A DNA stretch of 64,000 nucleotides from Candidatus Levyibacteriota bacterium (GTDB taxonomy: Bacteria; Patescibacteriota; Microgenomatia; Levybacterales; UBA12049). Under the pieces are notes generated by a model. That model worked only from the letters and a program-made list of their open reading frames with translations, was not told where the DNA came from and ran no database searches. Position numbers and translations under genes: made by a program. Of this stretch, positions 27,968 to 37,335 are shown piece after piece. Every line of letters begins with the position of its first letter. Position 1 is the first letter of the stretch. Location: positions 79,546 to 143,545 of the forward strand of contig JAJDCH010000002.1 in NCBI GenBank assembly GCA_029260905.1, given 5' to 3'.

Positions 27968-28768
27968 ATGATGGGAAAAATACCCATAATATTTTTACTT
28001 CTTTTTTTAATATCCTCAAAACCTGTCTTTGCTGCTCGGGATCTATCAATTTTATCTTCTGACAAATCTTCTATTTTTGGCGATGAATACTTGATGCTTA
28101 CTGCTTCTACATCCGGTTTTACTGATGGCGAAACTATATTTATGAAGGGAGCTTTTTTCCAAGAAGGTAGTACGAATTATTTTGGATTTACAAAGAGTAT
28201 TGATAATTGGATTAAAAATAGCGAAACAGCAATCAATCAAAACAAGATAGAAATTGGCAGTTGGGATAAAAAAGTTTTGATAAAATCAGATTTTGCCGAT
28301 AGTGGTTATAAAGGCGAAGGAGGTTATAAGCTCAAACTTGGTTTTTATTATTATACGAGTGGTGGTAATCTGTCATCAGTTAATTGGTCATCAAACAATG
28401 TCAATGTTGACATAAGTGAGCCAGATCCAACTGCTACACCTGTGCCTACTAAAAAATCTGAAACAGTTTCAAATTTGGATGATTTGAGTAATCAGGAAGA
28501 GTTACTTTCTGTATCTTCCACGCCCAAACTATTATTATCAATATCTCCTGTTTCGAGAAAGAGCACTAGCAATAGCGCTATTCCCACATCAGTTCTGGGG
28601 GTAAAAACCGAGTCAAAAGAAATGAAAGATGAGGAAGACAAAAAAGTTTTGGTAGATTCTGTGAATAACATACCTTTCCTTTCAACTATAGCAGGTGGAG
28701 TATTTTTGTTTGGAGCTGGTATAATGATTTTTCTGAAAATGAAAAGGAGAATAATGAATAATGAATGA
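27968..28768 (+). CDS. Hypothetical surface protein (signal peptide, PT/S-rich linker, C-terminal TM anchor)
   Basis: VFA signal-peptidase site, PDPTATPVPT linker, C-terminal hydrophobic helix followed by basic residues. Confidence 0.8.
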   Translation: MMGKIPIIFLLLFLISSKPVFAARDLSILSSDKSSIFGDEYLMLTASTSGFTDGETIFMKGAFFQEGSTNYFGFTKSIDNWIKNSETAINQNKIEIGSWDKKVLIKSDFADSGYKGEGGYKLKLGFYYYTSGGNLSSVNWSSNNVNVDISEPDPTATPVPTKKSETVSNLDDLSNQEELLSVSSTPKLLLSISPVSRKSTSNSAIPTSVLGVKTESKEMKDEEDKKVLVDSVNNIPFLSTIAGGVFLFGAGIMIFLKMKRRIMNNE

Positions 28769-28780
28769 AAGATTTAATAT

Positions 28781-29221
28781 ATGAAAAAAACATTATTTAC
28801 AAAAAGTTATCAAGAAACACAGAAGCTAGGATTGGAGATTGCTAAAAAGGTAAAAGATGGTGGAATTATTGCTTTGTATGGAAATCTTGGATCAGGCAAA
28901 ACTACTTTTGTGCAAGGGCTTGCAAGGGGACTTGGCATCAAAGGAAAAATAATTTCACCAACATTTATCATTGTCAGAAAATATGAATTAGGAATAAAGA
29001 ACAAGGAATTAGGAGCAAAGAATTTTTATCACATTGATTTGTATAGAGTAGAAGATGAGAAAGATATTACTGGTTTGGGATTGGACGAGATTATAAGTGA
29101 TTTGGAAAATATTGTTGCCATAGAGTGGCCAGAAAAGATAGAAAAAATTCTATCTGATCAGAGAATAAATATGCATTTTGAATATATAGAAGGAGACAAA
29201 AGAAAAATTGAGATAGAATAA
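28781..29221 (+). CDS. tsaE: tRNA t6A biosynthesis ATPase TsaE
   Basis: GNLGSGKT, SPTF, HIDLYR and IEWPE motifs. Confidence 0.96.
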   Translation: MKKTLFTKSYQETQKLGLEIAKKVKDGGIIALYGNLGSGKTTFVQGLARGLGIKGKIISPTFIIVRKYELGIKNKELGAKNFYHIDLYRVEDEKDITGLGLDEIISDLENIVAIEWPEKIEKILSDQRINMHFEYIEGDKRKIEIE

Positions 29222-29225
29222 TACT

Positions 29226-29810
29226 ATGGATGAAAAGATTTTAAAAGCAATAGAGGTTTTTAATGACGGTGGAATTGTTATTTTTCCAACTGATACTGCA
29301 TATGGTATTGGTTGTAGGATCGATAGAGGAATTTCTGTTGAAAGGCTTTTTGAAATTCGTAGAAGACCTCATGACAAAGCCGTGCCTGTTCTTGTATCTG
29401 GTGTTGAGATGGCAAGAAAGTATTTGATTGATGTGCCAGCAGATGTTGAGGAGAAATTGATAAATAAATTTTGGCCAGGCGCGCTTACTATTGTTTTACC
29501 ATATTTAAAAGATAAGGCTCCAGCACTTGTTTGTGGATATGGTCAGAATCTGGGTGTGAGGATGCCTGCTAATGAGACGATCTTAAATGTAATTGAAAAA
29601 GTTGGTGTGCCGATACTTGGACCATCAGCAAATTTTGCAGGTGATAAAACCCCTTATACTTATAAAGACCTTGATCCTGAACTGATAAGGCTTGCTGATT
29701 TTGTACTGGAAGGGGATTGTGAGCTCAAAAAACAATCAACTGTTATTGATTGCAGTATGAGCCCTTGGCAGATATTAAGACAAGGAGGAGTGGTATGGAA
29801 GGAAAAATAG
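29226..29810 (+). CDS. tsaC: Threonylcarbamoyl-AMP synthase TsaC/YrdC
   Basis: PTDTAYG, WPGALT, VRMP, PSAN, STVID and LRQG motifs. Confidence 0.95.
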   Translation: MDEKILKAIEVFNDGGIVIFPTDTAYGIGCRIDRGISVERLFEIRRRPHDKAVPVLVSGVEMARKYLIDVPADVEEKLINKFWPGALTIVLPYLKDKAPALVCGYGQNLGVRMPANETILNVIEKVGVPILGPSANFAGDKTPYTYKDLDPELIRLADFVLEGDCELKKQSTVIDCSMSPWQILRQGGVVWKEK

Positions 29811-30358
29811 TAGTTGATACAAAAACTAAAAATGAAGAGAATTTAGTTGTTCGTTATCCAAAACGTAGTGATGTCAAGATAATGCAGGATTATATTAATA
29901 AACTTTCTGAGGAACAGACATTTGTGAGTTTTCAGGGAGAACAAATATCACTTGAAGCTGAGGAGGATTTTCTAAGATCAAATTTAAAAAGAATAAAAGA
30001 AAAAAATGATGTTCTCCTTCTGGCGTTTTTAAACAAAAGCCTGATTGGGATATCTGGTATTAACATGAAGGTTCGCGCAGAAAAGCATATTGGAGTCTTG
30101 GGAATTTCTATTGCTAAAGAACATAGAGGAGAAGGAATTGGCAAAGCGTTGATGCAAACGGTTTTATCTGAAGCAGAAAAAAATATTGCTGATTTAAAAA
30201 TAATAACACTTAGTGCGTTCATTGATAATGATGTTGCAATAAGAATGTATGAGCGGTTTGGATTTGTTGAATACGGTGTTTTGCCAAATGGTGTTTTTAG
30301 AAAAGGAAAATACTCGGATCATGTTTATATGTACAAGGTTATTAAGGGGTTAATATGA
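29795..30358 (+). CDS. GNAT-family N-acetyltransferase (RimJ/YncA-like)
   Basis: HRGEGIGKALM and N.VAIRMYERFGF motifs. ATG at 29795 has an AGGAGG SD. Confidence 0.88.
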   Translation: MEGKIVVDTKTKNEENLVVRYPKRSDVKIMQDYINKLSEEQTFVSFQGEQISLEAEEDFLRSNLKRIKEKNDVLLLAFLNKSLIGISGINMKVRAEKHIGVLGISIAKEHRGEGIGKALMQTVLSEAEKNIADLKIITLSAFIDNDVAIRMYERFGFVEYGVLPNGVFRKGKYSDHVYMYKVIKGLI

Positions 30359-30669
30359 AAACATTAATTATAGATACATCAAGCAATAAAGAAGTAATTG
30401 TTGGTTTGGATATTGATGGAGACAAGATGTTTGATAAGAGATTGCTTGATCATAGAAAAGCACAAGTCGTCTTGCCGATGATTGATGAGATTTTGAAAAA
30501 GAATAAGCTTGATTTAAAAGATCTAACAGGAATAGAAGTAAATACTGGTCCTGGGTCATTTACAGGGTTGAGAGTTGGTGTATCAATCGCAAACGCGTTT
30601 GGATTTGTGCTGAAGATCCCTATTAATGGAGAGAGTGTGAGTAAAACGGTTGAGCCTCGATACAAGTGA
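30355..30669 (+). CDS. tsaB: Short TsaB (N-terminal domain only)
   Basis: IDTSS and GPGSFTGLRVG..AN motifs; 104 aa. Confidence 0.9.
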   Translation: MKTLIIDTSSNKEVIVGLDIDGDKMFDKRLLDHRKAQVVLPMIDEILKKNKLDLKDLTGIEVNTGPGSFTGLRVGVSIANAFGFVLKIPINGESVSKTVEPRYK

Positions 30670-30673
30670 ATAC

Positions 30674-30701
30674 TTGACAGCAAAGATAAAAAAATTATAA
30701 T
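30674..30701 (+). promoter_or_regulatory. Sigma70 consensus promoter (leaderless candidate)
   Basis: TTGACA-16-TATAAT, then 6 nt to ATG 30708. Confidence 0.7.
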
Positions 30702-30707
30702 TCAGGG

Positions 30708-31178
30708 ATGACAGAATTAGGAGGCTCAACTTCAACCATGTGGAATAGATCAGAATCGTGGCCTCTACTTTTACAAATTCCTAATTCATTCGAAGAATTG
30801 GAAAGTATGTCTGTTTATCTGGCTTCGTGTTCTGAGGCGCTTCGTAGACCAGAGGATGCCGCCATTTATCAGGTGAAAAATCCTCAAGAAAATCTAGCAG
30901 AATTGGAAGAAAAAATTGTAAAACAGGGAAGGGGTGGGATAGCAATTTTACCTGCTCTTCACCCATGGTCTCAGGTTCTTTTAAGACTACCTGATGTAGA
31001 ACATCATGTACTTTGGTCTCCGGGACGTGACGCGCTGCCAACAGGCGTGATAAGGCGTGAAGTAAATCTCACATTTCCAGACAGAAGATGGATTAATGTA
31101 ACCAGAACAAGAGGGACAATGTCTGTTCCCCAAAGATGGCATACGCATGTTTTTGTTGACACAAAAAACCCAAATTAG
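30708..31178 (+). CDS. Hypothetical protein
   Basis: 156-aa ORF behind a consensus promoter; no motif recognised. Confidence 0.65.
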   Translation: MTELGGSTSTMWNRSESWPLLLQIPNSFEELESMSVYLASCSEALRRPEDAAIYQVKNPQENLAELEEKIVKQGRGGIAILPALHPWSQVLLRLPDVEHHVLWSPGRDALPTGVIRREVNLTFPDRRWINVTRTRGTMSVPQRWHTHVFVDTKNPN

Positions 31179-31195
31179 AAAATTTTATTTATTGT

Positions 31196-32122
31196 ATGTA
31201 TACTGGTTTAGTGAGAAGCTTTTTGTATCATCTTTTATTTCCCAGGGAGTCCAACAGCCACAGACCAAAAGTGCTTCATCATAGCATACTCTCCGTATTG
31301 GTAATTGTACTTCTTGGTTTATCTGTTATCCTTCCTCGACTTCAAAACGCGTTTCCATCAGTTCTTGGTATTTCAGTTAATGTCACAACCAAGGATCTGC
31401 TTGATGCTACAAATAGGAAAAGAGTTGAAAATGGACTTAATCCATTGAAGCTTGATAGTGAATTATCAAAAGCTGCATCAGATAAAGCTGCACATATGGT
31501 GACTCAAAATTATTGGGCGCATATAGCTCCAGATGGCACAACTCCTTGGTTTTTTATAAAAAATTCTGGCTATCAATATCTTTATGCCGGTGAGAATCTA
31601 GCAAGAGGTTTTAATGATGCTTCCGAGGTGGTTGATGCCTGGATGAATAGTCCAAGCCATAGGGAGAATTTATTATCTTCTAATTATACAGATATCGGAT
31701 TTGCAGAAACATCAGGTATTTTAACTGGAACAGAAACAGTGCTTGTTGTGCAGATGTTTGGCAGCAGATATCAGGAAGCAAGTAGTGTTGCAGGCGTTGG
31801 AGAGGTTGAAGTAGTTGTTGATGGTTCTGAGAGGGAAAAAGATGAAGTTGTGCCTATTCCATTGATAAATACAGAGCAAAAACAGGATTCTCAGCCAATT
31901 GTTGCCGCAGCAGTAAATAATCCATTGATTGACTCAAAATCAGGAATGAGGGATTTATCAATCTGGCTTATGGCATTTTTTATCTTTGTCTTGGCAGCTG
32001 ATGCTGTTATTATAGAAAGAAAGAAAATAGCAAGAATCGCATCGCACAACATAGATCATATTATTTTTCTGACCATCATTCTTCTTGCTGCTATAATTAT
32101 TGGAGGAGGTATGATTTTGTGA
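31196..32122 (+). CDS. CAP/SCP-domain membrane protein
   Basis: TNRKR..NGL, YWAH, AGENLA and AWMNSPSHRENLL motifs; terminal TM helices. Confidence 0.9.
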   Translation: MYTGLVRSFLYHLLFPRESNSHRPKVLHHSILSVLVIVLLGLSVILPRLQNAFPSVLGISVNVTTKDLLDATNRKRVENGLNPLKLDSELSKAASDKAAHMVTQNYWAHIAPDGTTPWFFIKNSGYQYLYAGENLARGFNDASEVVDAWMNSPSHRENLLSSNYTDIGFAETSGILTGTETVLVVQMFGSRYQEASSVAGVGEVEVVVDGSEREKDEVVPIPLINTEQKQDSQPIVAAAVNNPLIDSKSGMRDLSIWLMAFFIFVLAADAVIIERKKIARIASHNIDHIIFLTIILLAAIIIGGGMIL

Positions 32123-32382
32123 TGACAAAAAGAATAAAAAAACATTTTTGGTATTATATAGCACTTGGCGTTATTCAGCTTTTTGGACTTGGACTTATTA
32201 TACTTTTTTCAAATAGCAGACAAACACAACTTTTAATTATTTTGCTAATAACGACTATTTATACACTATTTGCACTTCTTCATCATCATTTACAGCATGA
32301 TTTAAATTCAAAGGTTGTGATAGAATATGTGTTGATGGGCGCGCTTGGTGTTTCATTTGCGTTTTTTGTTTTTAGTTCGTAA
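32119..32382 (+). CDS. Small 3-TM membrane protein
   Basis: Hydrophobic 87-aa ORF with an HHH.HDL..K..IEY segment, coupled to the CAP gene. Confidence 0.75.
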   Translation: MMTKRIKKHFWYYIALGVIQLFGLGLIILFSNSRQTQLLIILLITTIYTLFALLHHHLQHDLNSKVVIEYVLMGALGVSFAFFVFSS

Positions 32383-32386
32383 ATAT

Positions 32387-33127
32387 ATGAAAGGAGTAAT
32401 ATTAGCAGGGGGGTTGGCAACAAGATTGAGGCCTCTGACACTTGTTACAAATAAACATTTACTACCAATTTATAATAAGCCGATGATTTATTATCCGCTT
32501 GAAGCGATGGTAAAGGCTGGTATAAAAGAAGTGCTTGTAACCTCTTCCCCTGACCACGCAGGAGATTTTGCAAACTTGTTAGGTTCAGGAGAGCAATTTG
32601 ATCTCAAGCTTTACTATGCTGTTCAAGAAAATCCCAAAGGAGGTATATCTGATGCGATAATGCTGGCAGAGGAATTTGCTCAAGATGAGAAGGTATTGGT
32701 ACTTTTAGGTGATAATATTTTTGGATTCGATCTCAGGGAATCGGTTGAAGAATTTGAGAAATCAGAAGGAGGTGCTATGACATTTGGAATAGAGATGCCG
32801 ACAGAGTCCAAGCAGTATGGGGTGATAGAAAGAGATGGCAAGGGAAAAGTCCTCTCAATTGAGGAGAAGCCAGAAAATCCCAAATCAAATATTGCACAAA
32901 CAGGAATCTATATGTATGATAATCAGGTTTTTGAATTAATAAAAAACCTGACTCCCTCACAAAGAGGCGAGCTGGAGGTAACAGACCTAAATAATCTATA
33001 TGTGGCTGAAGGCAACATGCGCTGTAGTATGATTGATTGGTGGATTGATGCAGGCACCTCATACGACGAGCTTCTTCGAGCAAATGAAATGGTTGCCGAG
33101 AAAGTTCGTTCTGGAGAATTAGAATAA
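32387..33127 (+). CDS. rmlA: Glucose-1-phosphate thymidylyltransferase
   Basis: GVILAGGLATRLRPLT..NKHLLPIY.KPMI, LGDN, EEKP, RGELEVTD and WIDAGT motifs. Confidence 0.92.
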   Translation: MKGVILAGGLATRLRPLTLVTNKHLLPIYNKPMIYYPLEAMVKAGIKEVLVTSSPDHAGDFANLLGSGEQFDLKLYYAVQENPKGGISDAIMLAEEFAQDEKVLVLLGDNIFGFDLRESVEEFEKSEGGAMTFGIEMPTESKQYGVIERDGKGKVLSIEEKPENPKSNIAQTGIYMYDNQVFELIKNLTPSQRGELEVTDLNNLYVAEGNMRCSMIDWWIDAGTSYDELLRANEMVAEKVRSGELE

Positions 33128-33621
33128 TGATTAATTGTCGATTTGAAAATGGAAATAAGGCTTCATTAAGACATGTTACTGTAAACGCCATTGTCATAAA
33201 TGAAAAAAAAGAAATTCTATTGATCAAACGAGCACTACAATTGCTAAGAGGGGGAAAGTACGCTTTGCCAGGGGGATTTCTTGATAGAGATGAAACTACC
33301 AAGGAGGCCGCAGTTCGAGAGCTTATGGAAGAAACAGGCATAGAGGGTGAGGTGGACTTTTTGTTTAAAATAGAAGATAGTCCTGAGAGGTTGAATGAAG
33401 AAGGTCGAGGTGGAAGGCAAAATGTAGATATGATTTATGTTATAAAAAAAACAGGTGGAGAATTTAAGGATAACGATGAAGTCTCAGAGATAAAGTGGTT
33501 CTCTTTTGAAGATCTTCCGAAAGAAAAAGATTTTGCTTTTGATCACCGCGATGTAATCATGAAATACTTCCAGTATTTAGAAAATCCTTTTCCACCACCA
33601 ATTATAGGAGGGTCATCATGA
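33127..33621 (+). CDS. Nudix hydrolase
   Basis: Nudix box PGGFLDRDETTKEAAVRELMEETG; AFDH motif. Confidence 0.92.
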   Translation: MINCRFENGNKASLRHVTVNAIVINEKKEILLIKRALQLLRGGKYALPGGFLDRDETTKEAAVRELMEETGIEGEVDFLFKIEDSPERLNEEGRGGRQNVDMIYVIKKTGGEFKDNDEVSEIKWFSFEDLPKEKDFAFDHRDVIMKYFQYLENPFPPPIIGGSS

Positions 33622-34628
33622 AGCTGCTCGTTACAGGGGGAGCGGGTTTTATCGGTTCCAATTTTATTCTTTATTGGATGAAGGAGCATCCTCAGGATGT
33701 GATCGTTAATTTTGACAAACTTACATATGCTGGAAATCTAGAGAATCTCAAAGAAGTTGAAAAAAATCCTAAATACAGTTTTGTGCAGGGTGACATATGT
33801 GATCCAGTATCGGTAGATAAGGCAATGAAAGAGGTGGACGTGGTTGTTCATTTTGCGGCAGAAACTCATGTGGATAGATCAATTACTGGTCCTGCAGTAT
33901 TTGTGATGACAAATGTGGTGGGAACGCAGGTGCTTCTGGATGCAGCAGTCAAAAATGCTGTAAAGCGGTTTCATCACGTATCTACTGATGAAGTTTTTGG
34001 TTCACTTGAGTTAACAGATACGAGTAAATTTAGTGAACGAACAAATTATAGCCCCAGAAGTCCTTATTCAGCAAGCAAGGCTGGTTCAGATCACCTGGTT
34101 AGATCATATTTTACAACATATGGTTTGCCAATAACTATTACAAATTGTTCAAATAACTTTGGACCATATATGTTTCCTGAAAAATTGATTGCTCTTGCAA
34201 TAACCAACGTTTTGGAAGATAAAAAAATCCCAATTTATGGTGACGGATTATATGTCAGAGATTGGTTATATGTTGAAGATCATGCGCGGGCGATTGATGC
34301 TGTTTTGCAAAAAGGAAAAGTGGGAGAAACTTACTTAGTTGGTGGTATGACTGATCTTATTCCAAATGTTGAGATTGCTAAGAAAATCCTCAAGATTTTA
34401 GGAAAAGATGAAAGTAATATTGAATTTGTTAAAGACCGTCCGGGGCACGACAGGAAGTATGATGTTGACTGGTCGAAAATCAAAAGGGAATTGGGCTGGG
34501 AGCCAGAGCATGGTTTTGACGAATATCTTGAAAAAACAGTTGAGTGGTATAAGACTCATGAACAGTGGTGGAAGAGAGTAAAATCAGGCGAGTACGAAGA
34601 CTACTATAAAAAACAATACGAATCTTAA
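33618..34628 (+). CDS. rmlB: dTDP-glucose 4,6-dehydratase
   Basis: GGAGFIG, DKLTYAGN, AAETHVDRSI, STDEV, YSASK and DRPGHD motifs. Confidence 0.97.
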   Translation: MKLLVTGGAGFIGSNFILYWMKEHPQDVIVNFDKLTYAGNLENLKEVEKNPKYSFVQGDICDPVSVDKAMKEVDVVVHFAAETHVDRSITGPAVFVMTNVVGTQVLLDAAVKNAVKRFHHVSTDEVFGSLELTDTSKFSERTNYSPRSPYSASKAGSDHLVRSYFTTYGLPITITNCSNNFGPYMFPEKLIALAITNVLEDKKIPIYGDGLYVRDWLYVEDHARAIDAVLQKGKVGETYLVGGMTDLIPNVEIAKKILKILGKDESNIEFVKDRPGHDRKYDVDWSKIKRELGWEPEHGFDEYLEKTVEWYKTHEQWWKRVKSGEYEDYYKKQYES

Positions 34629-34634
34629 AACCTC

Positions 34635-35171
34635 ATGCCAAATTTTAAAATTATCTCAAAAGAAAATGTTTTTAAATCAAAATATTTTCGTATAGACAAA
34701 ACAGTTATTGAAAGAGATGGTAAAAAATTTACTAAAGATATAATGTCAAGAAAGTCGATAGTTATTGTTTTGCCGATATCAAATAGTAATGAAATTTATC
34801 TCGTGTCACAATTTAGGGATTCTCTTCAAAAAACACTTCTTGAAACAGTTGCAGGACATGTTGAAGATGGTTTGTCAGTTCTTGAGAATGCCAAGAAAGA
34901 GTTGAGGGAAGAGGCTGGGCTTGTAGCAAGAAACTGGAAGCAAATTGGTGAGTTTTACGTATCTGCAAGCATGAGTGGAAGTGTGACAGTTTTTGTCGCG
35001 ACAGATTTAACAGAAAGAATGCCTGAGCCTGAGGAAGATGAAGACATAGAGGTAGTAAAGATTCCATTTGAAGATGCTCTTTTAAAAATTGAGAGTGGGG
35101 AAATAAGCGTCTCTTCAAATATTGCAGCAATTTTGCTTTTTGATAAATTAAGGAAAGAGGGAAAGATATGA
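34635..35171 (+). CDS. Nudix hydrolase (ADP-ribose/NDP-sugar pyrophosphatase-like)
   Basis: QFR, AGHVEDG.....AKKELREEAG and EEDEDIEV motifs. Confidence 0.9.
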   Translation: MPNFKIISKENVFKSKYFRIDKTVIERDGKKFTKDIMSRKSIVIVLPISNSNEIYLVSQFRDSLQKTLLETVAGHVEDGLSVLENAKKELREEAGLVARNWKQIGEFYVSASMSGSVTVFVATDLTERMPEPEEDEDIEVVKIPFEDALLKIESGEISVSSNIAAILLFDKLRKEGKI

Positions 35172-36031
35172 GGATTTTTACACTAGGTGGAACAGGTATG
35201 CTTGGTTCAAGGGTAGTTGAACTTCTTCAGGATAAGTATAAGTTTGACGACCTAAGCAGAAGCAATGGAGTTGATATCACAAATCCTTTGAGTTTGGGAG
35301 TCATAAGAAATGATAAAGAGCATGAAGTAGTTATCTTATTCTCTGCAAAAGCTGATGTTGATCTGTGTGAAGCAGATAAAGATTTTGGAGAAGAAGGTGA
35401 AGCATACAAGGTAAATGTAATTGGCGCGAAAAATGTAGCAGATGTTTGTAGAAATTCAGCTAAAAAACTTATTTTTATCTCAACTGATTTTGTTTTTGAT
35501 GGAGATAATCCACCTGGTGGAGGATACAAGGAAGAAGATAGTCCGAACCCAATTAATTGGTATGCGGAGACAAAATATAGAGGTGAAAAAGAGGTTAAAA
35601 ATTCTGGAGCAAAATATTTGATTTTAAGACCGTCTTATCCATATCGAAAAGAATTTGAGAAAAAGAATGATTTTATGAGGGCAATAAGAGATCGTTTAAA
35701 AGATGGAAAGCCTATTGCAGCAGTTACTGATCAGATAATCTGCCCGACCTTTATTGATGATATTGCTACCTGTATCCATGTATTGATACATCACAACAAA
35801 GAGGGGATATATCACATAACTGGAAGTCAAAATCTTAGTCCATATGATGCAAGTAATTTGATTGCTGAAAAGTTTGGTTTGGATAAAGATTTGATAAGTA
35901 AAACAACTGCTACTGAGTATTTTATGGGAAAAGCTAGAAGGCCTTTGAATGCCGTGATGAATAATGATAAAATAAAAAATCTAGGAGTTAAAATGAGAAG
36001 TTTCGAAGAAGGATTGGATGAGACTAGATGA
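35168..36031 (+). CDS. rmlD: dTDP-4-dehydrorhamnose reductase
   Basis: GGTGMLG, VDLCE, ISTDFVFDG, P.NWYAETK..GE, DQ...PT and RP motifs. Confidence 0.92.
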   Translation: MRIFTLGGTGMLGSRVVELLQDKYKFDDLSRSNGVDITNPLSLGVIRNDKEHEVVILFSAKADVDLCEADKDFGEEGEAYKVNVIGAKNVADVCRNSAKKLIFISTDFVFDGDNPPGGGYKEEDSPNPINWYAETKYRGEKEVKNSGAKYLILRPSYPYRKEFEKKNDFMRAIRDRLKDGKPIAAVTDQIICPTFIDDIATCIHVLIHHNKEGIYHITGSQNLSPYDASNLIAEKFGLDKDLISKTTATEYFMGKARRPLNAVMNNDKIKNLGVKMRSFEEGLDETR

Positions 36032-36048
36032 TTTGTTGATTTAAAACT

Positions 36049-37335
36049 ATGACAATAACATTTATCGGACATGGTTATGTTGGGCTTGTTACAGCTTGTG
36101 TTTTTGCTGATTTTGGTAATGATGTTTGGGTGGTGGGGCGTACTCCTGAAAAAATTGAAAAATTAAAAAAGGGCGACCCGCTTTTTTATGAACCAGAACT
36201 TGAGGAGCTTCTAAAGAAAAATATCAAAGCGGATAGAATTCATTTCACGCTTGATTACAAAGAGTCGGTTGGTGTATCTGATGCAGTATTTATAGCAGTT
36301 GGTACGCCTCCACAGACAACAGGGGAGGCTGATTTGTCTGCTGTTTTTGCAGTTGCTGAAGAGATTGGCAAGAATCTCAAGAAGGGTTTTACGGTTGTAT
36401 CTTGCAAAAGTACAGTTACAATTGGCACAAATAAAAAAATAGAAGAAGTTGTAAATAAGGTAAAACCAGTTGGCGCAGATTTTGCAATGGCATCATGTCC
36501 AGAGTTTCTAAGTCAGGGAACAGCAGTTGAAAATACATTTCATCCAGATCGCGTGGTGATAGGATCTGACTCAGAAAAGGCAATTGAGATAATGACCAAG
36601 CTTCATGAGCCTTTTAATACAAAAAATATAATAACTGATCTTGCCTCAGCTGAGCTTATCAAATATTCTGCGAATTCTTTTTTGGCAACCAAGATATCAT
36701 TTTCAAATTTAATTGCTGAGTATAGCGAGAAGACTGGTGCAAATGTTGAGATGGTTCTAGATGCCGTGGGGCTTGATAAAAGAATAGGTCGTGTGTTTAT
36801 GAATCCAGGAGTTGGCTATGGAGGATCATGTTTTCCAAAAGACGTGAAGGCTCTTGTAGCAATCGGAAAATCGCTTGGTATTGATACTGCTCTTTTGGAA
36901 GGGGTTGAGAAGGTTAATCAGGACATGAGGGAGATGGTGATTGAAAAAATTATCAGAAATGCAAAAAGCAAAAAGATTGCTATATTAGGTCTGAGTTTTA
37001 AGCCCAAAACAGATGACATAAGAGAAGCTCCAAGCGTTTATATAATAAAAGACCTTCTCGAAAAAGGCTTTGAGATCAATGTTTATGATCCTGAAGCAAT
37101 GAAAAAGATAGAGGGTGTTTTTGGAGATAAGATAACTTTTTTTGATAACCCATACGATGCGCTAAGCGGTGTTTCTCTTTTTGCGGTTTTGACAGAGTGG
37201 AATGAGTTCAAGAAGCTTGATTTTAAAAAGGCAAAAGACCTAATGGCTGGAAACGTAATAATTGATGGAAGAAATATTTATGGAAGAGAAGGTGCTGAGA
37301 GAATAGGGTTTAAATATTTTGGTGTGGGTAAATGA
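36049..37335 (+). CDS. ugd: UDP-glucose 6-dehydrogenase
   Basis: GHGYVG, AVGTP, KSTV, PEFL, GYGGSCFPKD and FKPKTDDIRE motifs. Confidence 0.95.
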   Translation: MTITFIGHGYVGLVTACVFADFGNDVWVVGRTPEKIEKLKKGDPLFYEPELEELLKKNIKADRIHFTLDYKESVGVSDAVFIAVGTPPQTTGEADLSAVFAVAEEIGKNLKKGFTVVSCKSTVTIGTNKKIEEVVNKVKPVGADFAMASCPEFLSQGTAVENTFHPDRVVIGSDSEKAIEIMTKLHEPFNTKNIITDLASAELIKYSANSFLATKISFSNLIAEYSEKTGANVEMVLDAVGLDKRIGRVFMNPGVGYGGSCFPKDVKALVAIGKSLGIDTALLEGVEKVNQDMREMVIEKIIRNAKSKKIAILGLSFKPKTDDIREAPSVYIIKDLLEKGFEINVYDPEAMKKIEGVFGDKITFFDNPYDALSGVSLFAVLTEWNEFKKLDFKKAKDLMAGNVIIDGRNIYGREGAERIGFKYFGVGK

